DNA of 64,000 bases from positions 3,286,001 through 3,350,000 of the forward strand of contig OZ234494.1 in NCBI GenBank assembly GCA_965153455.1, read 5' to 3'. The stretch comes from Sphagnum compactum. Lineage: Eukaryota. The notes under the pieces are model-generated. The model worked only from the letters and a program-made list of their open reading frames with translations, had not been told where the DNA came from and ran no database searches. Made by a program: the position numbers and the translations under genes. This document shows positions 13,553 to 26,560 of the stretch, one piece after another; position 1 is the stretch's first letter, and the number at the start of each line of letters is the position of its first letter.

Positions 13553-13908
13553 ATTTGCTTAGTGGCCATGAACTTGATTAGCTATGAGGCAAAAACACAT
13601 TTGCTAGTCCACTAAAGCTCTAAACCTTGTAAGCTTTTTTGGGTTCCAAATTTGCTTAGTGGCCATGAATGTAGCTTGATTAGCTATAAGGGGAAAACGC
13701 ATTTGCTAGTCCATTGAAGCTCTAAAACTTGTAAGCTTTTTTGGGTTCCAAATTTGCTTTAGTGGCCATGAATGTAGCTTGACTAGTTATGAGGGGAAAA
13801 CACATTTGCTAGTCCACTAAAGCTCTAAACCTTGTAAGCTTTTTTGGTTTCGAAATTTGCTTTGGTGGCCATGAATGTAGCTTGATTAGCTATGAGGGAA
13901 AAAACACA
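13553..13908. repeat. Tandem repeat, ~100-bp unit x ~3.5
   Basis: gtggccatgaa(tgtag)cttgattagctatgaggggaaaacacatttgctagtccactaaagctctaaaccttgtaagcttttttgggttccaaatttgctt, with units starting at ~13561, 13658, 13761 and 13864. Confidence 0.95.
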
Positions 13909-14606
13909 TGTAGTAGGGTTGGTTGGTCACCTAGTGTTGAACTTGCAAGGTAGTCTAGGAGCTAGTAGTCTCCATGAACTTAATTCACATGACTCTCTTG
14001 TATGGTTCTCTAGGGTTGGCTTGAGAATGAGACCTTCAGATCTTCACTTTTTTTATGTCTTGGTCTTCCACAAGTCTTTTGTATATAGTTAGCCTCTCTT
14101 TCACAGTTTGCATCCGAGGCGCAAATTGGTCTTTGAAAAACTTTAGCAGGAGCTTCATAAGCTTTGTAGCAAAATTATGTGTACATCCAGAAAACAATAC
14201 TCATATTGTCAAACCCAATTCGATTTTCAGTTGTAGATTTCTTATGTATCTTCAGTAGATGTGATTGGTGACATGATGGCTGGTTTGGGTCTTATTGAAA
14301 TTTTTTGTTGCTTGAAGAAAGTGTGTGAGGGTGGCATCACCAGTGCCGCAAGGCTAAGTGCAAATTTTCTGCAAATTGAGCAAAATCAAAGGATTAGTGG
14401 ACATGGCTGGAACATGGAAACATGGAAATGCAATGAAAATAAATTTGTGATGGAAAGGGGAAGTACATGAACATTGAGCTTTGTACTCCACTTTGTTCAA
14501 GTGTTTGGAAATTTTGCAGTAAAAGTGTTCTGTACTAGATGATGATGGAGCAACTTCCTGTGTATTATTATCTTTTCATTTATAGTGTGTGGCAATTTGA
14601 TTGAGA

Positions 14607-15155
14607 TTAACTACATAATTTAGAGCATTTGTTGGAAGAGGGACTCTCCCGGGACTCACACACACCCTTTGAGCTTGTTGCTATAACTTGTTTCCCTCTT
14701 TGTTCTGTTGTTGTTTGTAAAGCAGCAGGTGGACAAGGAGGAGGTTGCCGTTTTGATTTGCGATAAAACCTTTGACCAAAGGTGAATTTGGGTCCAGGCA
14801 AGCGGGATTTAAGAGTGTAAGTCCCAGGCCCTGGAAACTTGTCAGGTTGAAAACTCTGGAGCCTTTCAGAGACACTGTAACTAGGAGGAGCAGGTACAGT
14901 GATGTCAATGTTAGCTGTGTATGTGCCAGGGCCCGGATATATGTCTTTGGAAAGACTACCAGGTTTAGAACTCATTGTGAATGCAGGACCAGGTAAGCGT
15001 GTTCTGAAACTATAAGTTCCAGGCCCGGGAGTGCTGCTTGTAGTTCTCAACCTCAATCCCTTGGGCATTGAAAATGCAGGTGCAGCAGTGGTAGTAATCT
15101 CAACTCTAGGACTATAAGCTCCCGGCCCAGGGTAGTCCTCGCTAGAATAATCCAT
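14607..15155 (-). CDS. SHIPPO/ODF3 (sperm-tail PG-rich, PGPGxY) repeat protein; putative axonemal microtubule-associated protein
   Basis: 182-aa ORF with four PGPG(A/T)Y repeats, each followed by a P-x-(F/Y)-(S/T)-hydrophobic motif (APAFSM, GPAFTM, PPSYSV, GPKFTF), the ODF3/CIMAP1/STPG pattern. An in-frame acceptor (ctag|GTT TGG, ~15176) suggests a possible upstream exon. Confidence 0.8.
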   Translation of the reverse strand: MDYSSEDYPGPGAYSPRVEITTTAAPAFSMPKGLRLRTTSSTPGPGTYSFRTRLPGPAFTMSSKPGSLSKDIYPGPGTYTANIDITVPAPPSYSVSERLQSFQPDKFPGPGTYTLKSRLPGPKFTFGQRFYRKSKRQPPPCPPAALQTTTEQRGKQVIATSSKGVCESRESPSSNKCSKLCS

Positions 15156-18100
15156 GTCAAAAAAGAATCGCCAAACCTAGATTACTCTACTATGTTAGTA
15201 TGGCATAGTTCATATACACAAAATTCAATATGATACTCTAAAACTCGCACACCAAACTGCGAATGTTTGTGACTCTTTGTGTATGTGTGAAACTCAAAGC
15301 AATTGTGCATATATATATAATACATATATGATCTTTTTGACCTTTTGTCAGTAGTGACCCATTAAGGATTTGGAATAGATTGACATGAGTTTCATTACCC
15401 AGATTTTTTTTTAAAAATTTAAAAGAGACATTCTCGAATAGAGACATTCTTTTTCAGAGAATCATACATGTCAATAATGAAACACAAGATTTTTGTTTTG
15501 GGGCTGGCCAAGAGAGTGTGAATCTCAGAAGAATTGGCGTGTTAAATCAGAATGGTTGATTGATTGATTGATTCCCTCTTGATTATCATATGAATGGTAT
15601 GATGGGTGTTGGAGTTGTGAGGTTCTTCTGAAATCCTGGTTGTGTTTTTTTATTGTTTCTTCTTCTTCTTCTGTGGATTCTACTACAAGCTTTCTTTTGA
15701 TCATTTGCATGAATATAACAATAATGTATGTGTGTGTTGTTCCTTTACATCTGCTAAAGTGATTGTGGAAAGACCAGATGTAGAGCTACTGACGAGAGCC
15801 CCTTTTGAAACTAGCTAGCTAGTTGCTTGCAAGAGGGGGGTGGTCAAAGGAGGTAGAAAGATTAAATTCAGTTATCAAAAATTTGCCAGCAACCGTCACA
15901 ACTCTTGATCTTCAGCCAATTTGACTACATTTCGACTACATTTTGCTTTGTTTGAGATCTGACCCGGTTGGGCGGTTATCAGAAGGACAAACATAACATA
16001 CGCCTCCCCCCCAGTGGGTATCTGGCCAGTCCTTTAAGGTTGTTGTCGGTGGAACATCTTTCGAACCCAAGAATTTGGAGGATTCCTGATCGCGAGTTTT
16101 TTTTCAACCTTCAACTCTTTGCTGATGATACAATAAGGGGTAGTCAATTAATGACAATATCTTGTCCTTTTATGATTCTCACATTCAAAATCCAAAATGC
16201 GCAAAACATTCAGGAGGAGGGATGTATGGTGTTCTATCATATTATGCGTACCTCATTAGCAAGTTCTATTCATCTTTGAACTGTAAACATTAGCTAATCG
16301 TCAAGCCCAAGCTAAAAAGCCAATATATTCAATTGCTAATCTGCATGGTTGGAAATTTAGAAGCTTGAAAAGCTGAAAGCATAAATGAAGAACAAGAGTA
16401 ACATCTAGTCATGACCAGGCCCGTGAGCTCCTTGAGCCCAACTTGAGAATGGCAATATTTTACAAAACTTGGATCCTACAGTACAAGTCAAATGAGAATG
16501 AACCATATCCGAAAACATGAGTTGGACCTGAATACAAACAAGCTGAAACCTGAACCTCACTAGAAGGATAGGCAGAGGGATAGGCAAATGGAGTACCGAG
16601 AGTAGGCATGAAACTAGCAGCCTAAGGAAAAACCATAGAAAAGAGAAAAGGAGGAGCAGCTACAAGAAGGAAAGAAAGAAGAATCCTTTCCAGGCAAGAA
16701 GCAAATGCCTTTCACATGTAGAAGAAAATCACAAGTACAGGAAAAACATAGCAACAACTGGAAAAGGGAAGGGATTAGGAAAGACACTTGGAGTCAGCAG
16801 TTTAAAGACAGAACAGTCAGATTGAGAAGGGGAGAATAGGCTAAGGCAATCATCAGCAGCTCCTTACTGAAATTGTTACTTACATACTACACAACATGGG
16901 AATTTGCGACTGGACCCCACAGACGTAGGTCTGATCAATCTGAGAACCAAGGCTTCTGCTGCAAAGGATTCTTCATCTTTGAGTTGAGCATTTGTGGATT
17001 GTTGATGTACTTTGCTGATGTTTTGTAAAAAGGCATTTCTTCTGTTCGTGCAAATGGGATTTCATCCAATCCAAAGAAACAAGGGCCACACATCATGGCA
17101 ATCACAGCACAAGGTGTTTCAGCTATTTTTAACAATAATCTGAGAAACTGAAGAACTGATCTGCATGAACAAAAAAAACTTTCACCCATGTTAACAATTA
17201 GTCCTGCAAGGAGGCAAAAAAACTGACCCATATAAACCACAAACCTTGTAGGGCCATGCTGTGGAAAAATGCTCAGGAACCTGCTAGAGTTTGCAACAAA
17301 TGTCCTACTAAAACTGGTAAGCATAGTTAACTGTAGCAATACTAGAAATATACATAGTGAAGGTACTGATTTGAGCAAATGTTTTAAGCAAATTTGATGT
17401 GCAAAGAAATACGCTCGTGACACTTGTGTGTATCAAGTATTCCATCCTAGTACCTGCAACTATGACAGGAGGAGCCAATACTCGATAACATCTGCATTGA
17501 GAAGGCCAAACACTTGCATATTCTGGTTCCAGATACATCATTGCTGCTTCACCAAGGAGAAACCGCTGCTTGAGAAAACTGCAAAAAAGCAGCCAAGAAG
17601 ATGAATTTAGGCAGGCACAACCTGAGTTCAAACTGTTATGTGATTTATCCCAAAACTGCAAAAGTTCAATTCCACGTCCCCAGATGCAAAAGGTGATAAA
17701 GAGAAAGCAAGCACATTCATACTAATATGGCATCATGAGTCTGAACTTTTCAAGAATTGTGAACTTGATCAATGCAGCTGACACTGACAATGAAGTTCAC
17801 AATCTATTTCTTTTATGAGAACCCTGATCTGCTTTACGGATGGTGCATCTACGAAACTGCTGTCAATCATCTGTCTGACACCAAGCAGCCATGACAAAAA
17901 TAGTCTACTGGAAGAAGCTGATGGAGATGAGGAAAAAGACGATGAAGAAGCTCACATGAGCTTTATACCTCACGGCAGATTTTCGATTGTGCTGCAACTG
18001 ACAACCTTTCCTCTCCCAGGTGGTCTCCATCTTCTGAAGAGTGATGACACCATCCTTATGGGGAAAACGAATGAGCACCCTGGGAAGAACAGCTGGTTAA

Positions 18101-18347
18101 TAAACCTCTGCCTGCTATTCACTCTGCAACAGAGCAAACCGGAAATTTCCACATGGACTACAGAATCTGATGTTCAAGGATTTAGGGTTTAGGGTTTACC
18201 CTGGGCCTGGTTTACCAAAGAACTGAAAACTAGGAAATCTCTATTACATGATGAAGAAGAATGCACATGAGATGATGAAGCAGACACTACTACATCATGC
18301 AGAAACATCACAGACATCTCTCATCTCTCAGTGTGTGTCCAAGGAGA

Positions 18348-18795
18348 TCAGACTGCAGCATCTACTGCAGGTACAAAGATTGTCCAAGATTGGCCAATCT
18401 TTAAGGGATCAGGCAACCAATGCCAAGAATTTTGGTGCATATAGTAAGCTACAACTCGATCGATGACATCATCAGAGATATAGAGAAAGCCATTTCTTCC
18501 TACACAACAGAAATCTTCAAAGCTGATATTCAGCTTCCGATTTCTGAGAGCCTATCAGATAGGCATTCCGTGGTGGTACAACATGGACCTCTGTAGAGAA
18601 ACCATGGGTGCAAATCGGAAGTCACGCGGCGGAGCTCCCTCCGAAGCTCAAGGAATTTCTGAGAGCCTAGCAAAATATTCCATGCCTTGCAAACACATCG
18701 CATTCGCACGATGCTGCTTCCTACAGGTATGTAGAGCAATACCTTCTCTAAAAAACCCCTTTGAGGAGCTGACTACACAGACGTTGATTCATCAT
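18348..18795 (-). pseudogene. F-box (kelch-type) pseudogene with frameshifts and a large internal deletion
   Basis: MMNQRLCSQLLKG, then a frameshift in a T6 run, then LEKVLLYIPVGSSIVRMRCVCKAWNILLGSQKFL...PWFL (F-box). After a second frame change comes RKLNISFEDFCCVGRNGFLYISDDVIDRVVAYYMHQNSWHWLPDP...FVPAVDAAV*, resembling the C-terminus of plant F-box/kelch proteins. The central propeller region is missing. Confidence 0.7.
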
Positions 18796-19279
18796 GGACT
18801 CTAGGCAGAACGACATGATGCGCCAATTGCAAGCAAATCATTGGAGCGATAATATGCCAAGTAGCTACAAAAACTAGTCCTCTCCACTGCAACGATCCAG
18901 CAATCACTGCAATCTATGTGTGGGTGTGTGAGACAGAGAGATAGAGAGAGACAGAGAGACAGAGAGAGAGAGATACTCTTCAAATTGAAGTGTCTAAAGG
19001 CGATATCAACCAGTGAAAAATCGGAAAAAAACTGAGAAACACCGCAACGCCGTCGCCTTCCATAGCCGAGCTTAAAAACAAGCTAAATAATTTCTATAAT
19101 TTCTTTAGCGTGCAGACGCGGAGCATATCCGCAAACATCCATTGCAAGACTCTTCGTGGGCCTCGTCCGTTCCAGCGAGGGAGAAGGGGAGAGAGAGACG
19201 ATGGGTCGCCCGGATTATAATCGGGCGGACCACAGTGTCATCGGGTTCACGATTCTCGCTTGGTAATTGGCTTGGAGGG

Positions 19280-19342
19280 TACGTGTCCACGTGCCTTCCA
19301 CGTGCGAGAATAAAGGCGATGATGGGAACTTGATTACGTGGC
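19280..19342. promoter_or_regulatory. Cluster of four ACGT-core (ABRE/G-box) elements
   Basis: TACGTGTC, CCACGTGC, CCACGTGC and TACGTGGC lie within 63 bp, in a GC-rich island upstream of the minus-strand F-box-derived unit. Confidence 0.55.
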
Positions 19343-21756
19343 TGAACTTGTTCCCAAATCTCGTCCACATCCCGACGCTGACTCAGCAAAGTTTTTGTTG
19401 TGTCCATTCTTTCAGTCATCTCCAAATTAGACTAAATTAATTAATTAAAAGGAATAAAATTTTCTTTTTATTTAATCATGCATAAGGATAATAATAATAA
19501 TAATAAAATCATATTATACATATCCATTACAAAAACAATAATGTTACCACGATTTCCTTTATATGTTTTTAAAGCAATTTTCTTTCCATCTTGGTTAAAT
19601 GTAATATATATAGGAATGGAGATCCAATTAAAAATAATATCAAAATTTCACATGCATGACTTGATGGTTATTCATTCAAATTATAAGACAAATTAAATTT
19701 TCAAAAAAATAATTTAATCAGTTAATTTACAATTCATCCAATAAATTACATGATTTGTGTTAACTATTTTTTTGAATAAATATGAATTGTTTAAAAGTGT
19801 AAAGATTTTATTAATTTTTGTTTTGTCTTGAAAAATGATCATAATTCCAAATCATGTTACAATATGCTAACTACTTTAAGCTTTAAGTTTTTTTATTATA
19901 AGCCACAACTTTGTTCATATGTTATAAACACATAATGACCCATTTACATCTGGCAAATGACTCTTGAAATTTTAACATTTTAAAATTATATTTTGAATTT
20001 CTAAAAATTTCAAGTATTAAAGTTTTTTAATTATGAATTTTATTTAAATGTGAATGGTAGGTTATCATTAGTTCAAATTTTTTAATCAAAATATTTATAT
20101 TAAATGAGTCCTTAGCCTAATGTTTTATAAAATTGATTTTTTGGTGCCAAAATTCAAAGTCTTTTACTAAAACCAAAATTCAATTTATTAAATTAAATTA
20201 TTTTTTAAAAAAATTCTTCAATAGTCATATAAATCATTTAACACAAATTTCCTAGATCAACATGACATTAAATGGCATCACATAAATATATTTGACAAAA
20301 TTGATAGTTTTTTAGTCATCCAACATGGTTTTTGACTCATTTGACTATGATCGCACCCAAAACCACCACAAATGATTGAACAAATGTTTATGAATTTGAC
20401 CTTCTTTGAGAGAACAAAATCACTAACCCAACATATTCAATGTTCATCACAAAACCTTCAATATTTATCATTCACATATGATATTGGGTGCTTTTGAATT
20501 TGGCCCTTTTAAAAAAAACAAAGCCATGGCACCGCAACAACGTTGATCATCATCACAAGACCTTCAAAATCTACCCTACATTATGAATTTTCCAAAGCAC
20601 AATTGTATTGCAACATTTTCCTTATCTTCACATCATTGCCAAAAAATTGTTACTATGAATTTTTGGCAATGAGACCTTTCTACCATCAATTTCCAAGTTG
20701 GCAAGAATCATCCCTACCCACACCCAATTATACAAATCATATATATAACTAAACACTTTCTATGGTATTGATTCATTCTACCTTTGCAAATATAAAGAGT
20801 CATTACCCAATTCATTACAACTCTTGCTTGGGACTGACATCCTTCATGTTGTTGAACATGTGTATAGTTTCAACAAATTTTGCATTCACAACATACTAGC
20901 ATGTAGTCATGTTGTACTTTTGTGTGTTCCATTCAGTGTTCCATGGAGATTTTTTTGTGTCAATTTGAAAGAAATTTCCATGACAATTTGAATGTAACAC
21001 AATAACCAATGTAATCATTTAACCTTATGAAGATCTTTTACAAAATGTTAAATGATCACCTTCATTATAATCATGGTTTTTTACCCCCAAATTTGTGAGG
21101 TAGGTGAAATGGTGATTTTTCAAAAAAGAATTTAACCAAGTTTAGCTACAAACCAAAGAGCAATATATATATATATTTTGAAACTTCATTATAAAATTGC
21201 AACATCCTAGAAGCTATGGTCTAAATATGGTGAAATGTTTTTTTCCTCTCCTTGGAATATAACAATTTTGTGCCATTTTTTTCTCAAAAAATCTTTTATA
21301 AGATTTGTCACCCTTTTTTTTGGGTCATCAAATGGCAAAATTTTGCCCAAATTCTTTTACTAATGAATAAATAAACATGACAAAGCAACCATCACCTTCA
21401 TAATGAATAACAATGATAAGTTGCCATGACTACTCATTGATTTTGACATCAACTCCTGAGTGATGGGTGTAAAATAGGTATATAACAATTCACTTAAAAT
21501 ATGGCAACTTTAATAACAAAAAATAAGACACATAATTCAATAACAAAAAAAAACCAAAACATGTTTTTATTAAAAATGAACTTAAATATACATTAACTTC
21601 CCAAGTATATATATGAAGGGGTTTGGTCATGAAAATGTGTTTTTAGGTTACTTTAGGTTCCTAGTAATTGTTTTAGAATATGTTCCATGTAGATGAAAAT
21701 AATTAAATATAAAGTAATATAATGAATGAAAAATGAATTTCATATAATATTTCCTA

Positions 21757-24700
21757 CACCCCCTTTGAAGTTGAGCTTCTTTAAAAAAAATTAAAAAATA
21801 GAATTAATGTTTGTAGAAAGATGAAGACCAAAAATGGAACACACAAAATTCATGTTTTGGTTCAATTAAAACTTTGGTAAAGGTATTTATAAACATTTTT
21901 GCAATATTATAATAAATAATATTTTGATTCACTTGTTCACATATGAAATGATAGCGTATGGCAATATGCTTGGAACATTCATGGAAATTGGATTTTTCAA
22001 CCAACTTAATACATGATTGATTATCACAATAAAGTGGAATTGATTGTAATGTAAGAAATCCAAGGTCAAACACTAACATTTGAAGCCAGATGGTTTTTTT
22101 GGTCGCAATAGTTACAACCATATATTTTGTTTCAATATTATAAAGAATAATGGAAAGTTAATTCTTTGATTACCATGGAATAGGTCCTCCTACATTTTTA
22201 AATGAGAAAATTTCCTCCTATAATGGATTTCAATTATTAAAATTTGAATCATACCAACCAATTCAACTGTTTGGTTGGGATGAATTGAACACATAATCCC
22301 AAATGTAATAGTAGCTTTGATGTACTTCAAAATTCACTTTGTGGTTGCCTAATTTTTTTTCTAGGATTGTTAATAAATTGTGAAATATGAAAAACCAAAT
22401 AAGTTATATTGGGCCAAGTGCACACCATAACATGCATCAAACTTCCTATGACATTTGAATATGGAATTTTTCTCATACATGGTAACTGGAAACTTTGTTT
22501 TGTTAAGTTTAAAAGTAGCAAAACTGGTGTGATGATTGGATGACATAAGTCCATTTTATATTTTGTCAACACATCATTTAAATATTTTCTTGGGATAGGT
22601 GTAGTTTCTTTTTACCTTTATTTCTCTTAATTTGTATACCAAGGTAATATGCAACTTCTCTCGAATTAATCATTTCAAATTTTGAAACAAGGATGATTTA
22701 ATGGATTCCAAAAAAGTAATTTGATTATTAACAAATATTAAGTTATCCATATAAAGTCCCAAGTAAATAAATGATGTACCAATCCTTTAAATATAGATAT
22801 TTGTGTTAGCTTGATTTTTTTATGAAACTTATATCTATAAAAGATAAGAGTCCATTTGCTCATACCATGTATGAAGGGATTTTTTTAATGCATAAAGTTT
22901 AATTAGTTTTTAAAAGCTAGCATGCACATATCTTATGTTCAAAACCTTTCTAAATATAATTTTCAAGTTGGTTCATGGATATTTCTTCATGCAAATGACC
23001 ATTGAAAAATGTTAGGTGAATGACCATTTAATGAACTTTCAAATTTAAGTTGATATGAAAAGACAAAAAAATAATTAGATAAATCATTCTTATCGCAAAA
23101 TTAAAATGCCTCATGATAATCAAGTCATTGTTCTTGTGAAAAACCCCACAGAACAAAATGGATTTTCTATTTCAATATTGATTCATTGGAATTTTTTTTT
23201 GTTTTTTGGAAGAATCCATTTACAATTTACTAGTGTCTTATTAGGAGGTAGGTCATCCAATTGGCATGTTTCATTTTTGAGAAAAGATGCTTATTCATCA
23301 TCAAATGCAACTTTCCAATTATCAGCATTTAATAAATCAAATTCTAATTATTTTTTGAACATTTATTTCTATGTAAAGAAAATAGGTAAAATTGAATACA
23401 GTTTTATGCTTTCGATTTGGTTTTTTGATTTGAGTTGAATGTCAAACTTGATTTGCTATTTTTAATGAAAACCAAGCCTAGGAGAAGATTCCAAAGTTTA
23501 TCATAATTTATGAGCTTCACGTGTTGACATAAGTGTTGTAAGAACTATGGGCTTTCCTACTAGGGGTTAACAATTGAAGAGCAACCGCATTTGGTTATTC
23601 ACCATCATTATTTGAAAGCATGAAAATTTCCTATGTGTTCTCCAGTGTGACATCAATAAAAGGGTTCATTAATATTTCCCCCTTCGTTTGGAATTCAGGT
23701 TAATTCATTGAAACTAACATTTTGACAAAAAGTAACTTGTTGCTTTAATTTTTGAAACAACCTATATGTTTTATGGCCTTTTGTTTCTCCATAAAAAAGG
23801 AATAAACATTCAATTAACTTCAAATCCAATTTATGACATAATTATATTGATATTGGGCATAGTCTATACAATCAAATATTTAAAAGGTGCCTTACATTCA
23901 ATTTAATATCATACCAAATTTCATGTGGTGTAACATTATTGAAGGCCAAGACGAGGGTTTCATTTTGGGCAAAAGATGATGTAGCCATTGCTTCACCCCC
24001 AAAACATTAGAATGTCTTACATGTGTTCACATAGATCGGGCATTTCAACCAAAGTTCAATTTTTGTGTTTTGCAATGCCATTTTGTTTCAGAATGTAGGA
24101 CAATGAATCGCTTCAAAATGCGAGTAGCTTCACAAAATTCTTTGAATTGATGATTAACAAACTCACCTCCATTATCTATTCAAATTATTTTAATCTTTGT
24201 TCCAATTCAATTTTCCACGAGCTTTAAATATTGGAAATTTTCAAAAACTTGAATATTTATATTTGAAGAAATAGACCATTGTTTATTAAGAATAATCATC
24301 AATAAAAATTAGAAAATATTGGCTCCTCCAAATGTACTTCTAACAAGTCTAAAATTTTCGTTGTTTACCATTGTCTATTGGAAACTTGAGCTTATGTTGC
24401 TTACAAAACAAATAACTCTTACAAAATGGCAATTGAGTCATTCACGTATTGATGCCTTATAAAATTCCTCTAGTCTCCATTAGTTTTAATGCTTGTATGT
24501 TACATTGGCCAAATCTTAAATGTCATTTCATTGTATCTTTAGGGCCCATATTATCAACACATGCAAGATTTGACTTATCATGGAATTCTAACTACAACTA
24601 GGTATAAGGATCCTTCCTTGATACATTCAAATTTAATGTGTTTACTTAGAAAGTTAATCACACATTTAATACTAATGAGCTCCCCTTGTTTGTTGACTTT

Positions 24701-25845
24701 CCCATAGGCAAAAAAAATTAGACAACCTTGTAAAACTTCTTAAACTTGTGTTATCATGTTGGATTTGAATTTAATAAGTAGTACCACTCCCAATTGCCTC
24801 TTGTGTACTATCATCTCCCAAATAAATCATAGTGGGATTTGGAAATTTATTGGAAAAAAAAAGTTTTGCTCCTCTTTAATTGTCATATGTTCTATAGCCC
24901 AGAAGTCCAAATACCATGCTTCAAGAAAATAATTGAACACTTCCAAATGTAGTAAACAATTATGGGTTTTTTTTTTTTTTCATTTACGACATTCCCCATA
25001 GTCAAATTGTTAAAGCTTGAGTTTGAAAAATCCCATTTGTTTGATTTGTTCTGCAATGTCAACATTCTTTAGCAATATGATTGGGTTTTGTGCAAAGAAA
25101 AGCAAGGTCCTTTTTGTTTTTATTATTTTGATTATCTTCATTTTGTGAAATTGCCATGGGTTTATAATTGCCATTTTGATTATTCTTTCATTGTGAATTT
25201 TTTAAAAATTTGTTAAATAAATTTCCTTTAGAATTCCTATAAAATGTTGTGGTTTCTTTTGAAGAATTGTTACATCATAACATAGTCTCGTATTTTTTCA
25301 ATGCTTGACATAATTGGTCAAACATCAAACTTGTAAGACTTCACATTGAAGTCACAAATTATGCATAGAATTTTCGTAAACTGCACAACAAGTGTAATGT
25401 TGTTTATTCATTGGAGTAGGCAACCTCTTGCTTTGGTTAATTGGTTTTGTAGCTTTAAAACTTATTAGAAAGATGTGAAAGTTTCATCTTCCTTTATTTC
25501 TAACTTAGAAAAAATTTGATTTAATACAACAACAAAAGCTTTATCCACATTTTCATACATTGTTTTAATTGCATCCCACATTGTTTTAGCAATTTTATGG
25601 GGATGCATTGCTTTAGCTTGGATATTTCCTAAGTTAAGCACAATCTCCAATCAAATTTTGTTGTCCTAAATTTTCCATGCCTTTTGTGAAGTTACATTAC
25701 TTGTGCACTTCGACTTGATTTTGTACCATCAACTATAAATAAAAGATCATTCGTTATTAAAATCATTTCAAATTATACTCCAAATGAAATAATTCATTTC
25801 ATTTAAATTTCCAATTTTGTAAGCATTTTGATTCTACCCTATGGT
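21757..25845 (-). mobile_element. Heavily degenerated Ty1/copia LTR retrotransposon internal region
   Basis: Minus-strand order: gag (TMWDAIKTMYE ~25560; Zn-knuckle remnant C..CTKPNHIAKEC ~25060-25105), protease (WYLDFWAIEHM ~24884-24916), integrase (DNGGEF ~24160), RT (TFFNGHLHEEISMNQ ~22970-23012; YMDN for YVDD ~22745; IPYSNVIGSLMH ~22440), RNase H (YCDNQSCIKL..SKHIAIRYHFI ~21950-22030). A PPT AAAGGGGG is followed by TG at 21758-21757 (start of the 3' LTR). Many stops and frameshifts. Confidence 0.93.
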
Positions 25846-26389
25846 TGTGATAATTGCTTTTCATTTGAACAATTTAATTTGCTTAAAATTTACTTGTCTT
25901 TGAATATGTTCCACATATATATAAATAGTGAATATTAAAACCATCCTAAATGAAGGAAAAAAATTCATAATATTTTTTACAAATCCAATATACAAAATAT
26001 TAAATCGTGAGTTTCTATTCCATTTCAAGAAGCAACAGGAAGCAATGGTTTTATTTTCTAATTTTGTGAATTGATAATTTTTTTGTTAATTTGGAAATTG
26101 GTTGGATGGGAGATTTAAAGATGCAAGAACAATGTTTCAATGTGTGTTGATGAGATTTAAGGAATTCATAGAAGTTTGGAGTGTCTCCAAAAGTTTATAA
26201 ATTGTAGAACCTTGTGAGATAAATAAGATATTAGGTTGAGCTCAAATTGATGTGAAGAAACACAAAGATTTTTAATTCATTTGTCCATCTTTCAAAATTA
26301 TAGGGACAATAAATGCGTCATGAATACAATTCATTCATGTAGATCTATATTTATATTAATCGTAATGGAAGATTTTAGAATACATCATA

Positions 26390-26560
26390 ATAAATATGGA
26401 CACAAGTTCTTTGAAGGGATATTTGTAAAACAAACTTATATGCACCAACCAAAATACTATACAATTAAAGGAAAGTGTATGATGGAATGTAGTTTTTTTT
26501 TCTTCAACTTGTGATGTACATGGTTTGAAACATAGTCTCTACACATGGACCCATATATAA
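26390..26560 (+). mobile_element. Second, opposite-orientation copia reverse-transcriptase fragment
   Basis: FFEGIFVKQTYMHQPKYYTIKGK and VHGLKHSLYTW are decayed versions of AFLNGxLxEEIYMxQP and LYGLKQSPRAW. Confidence 0.55.
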
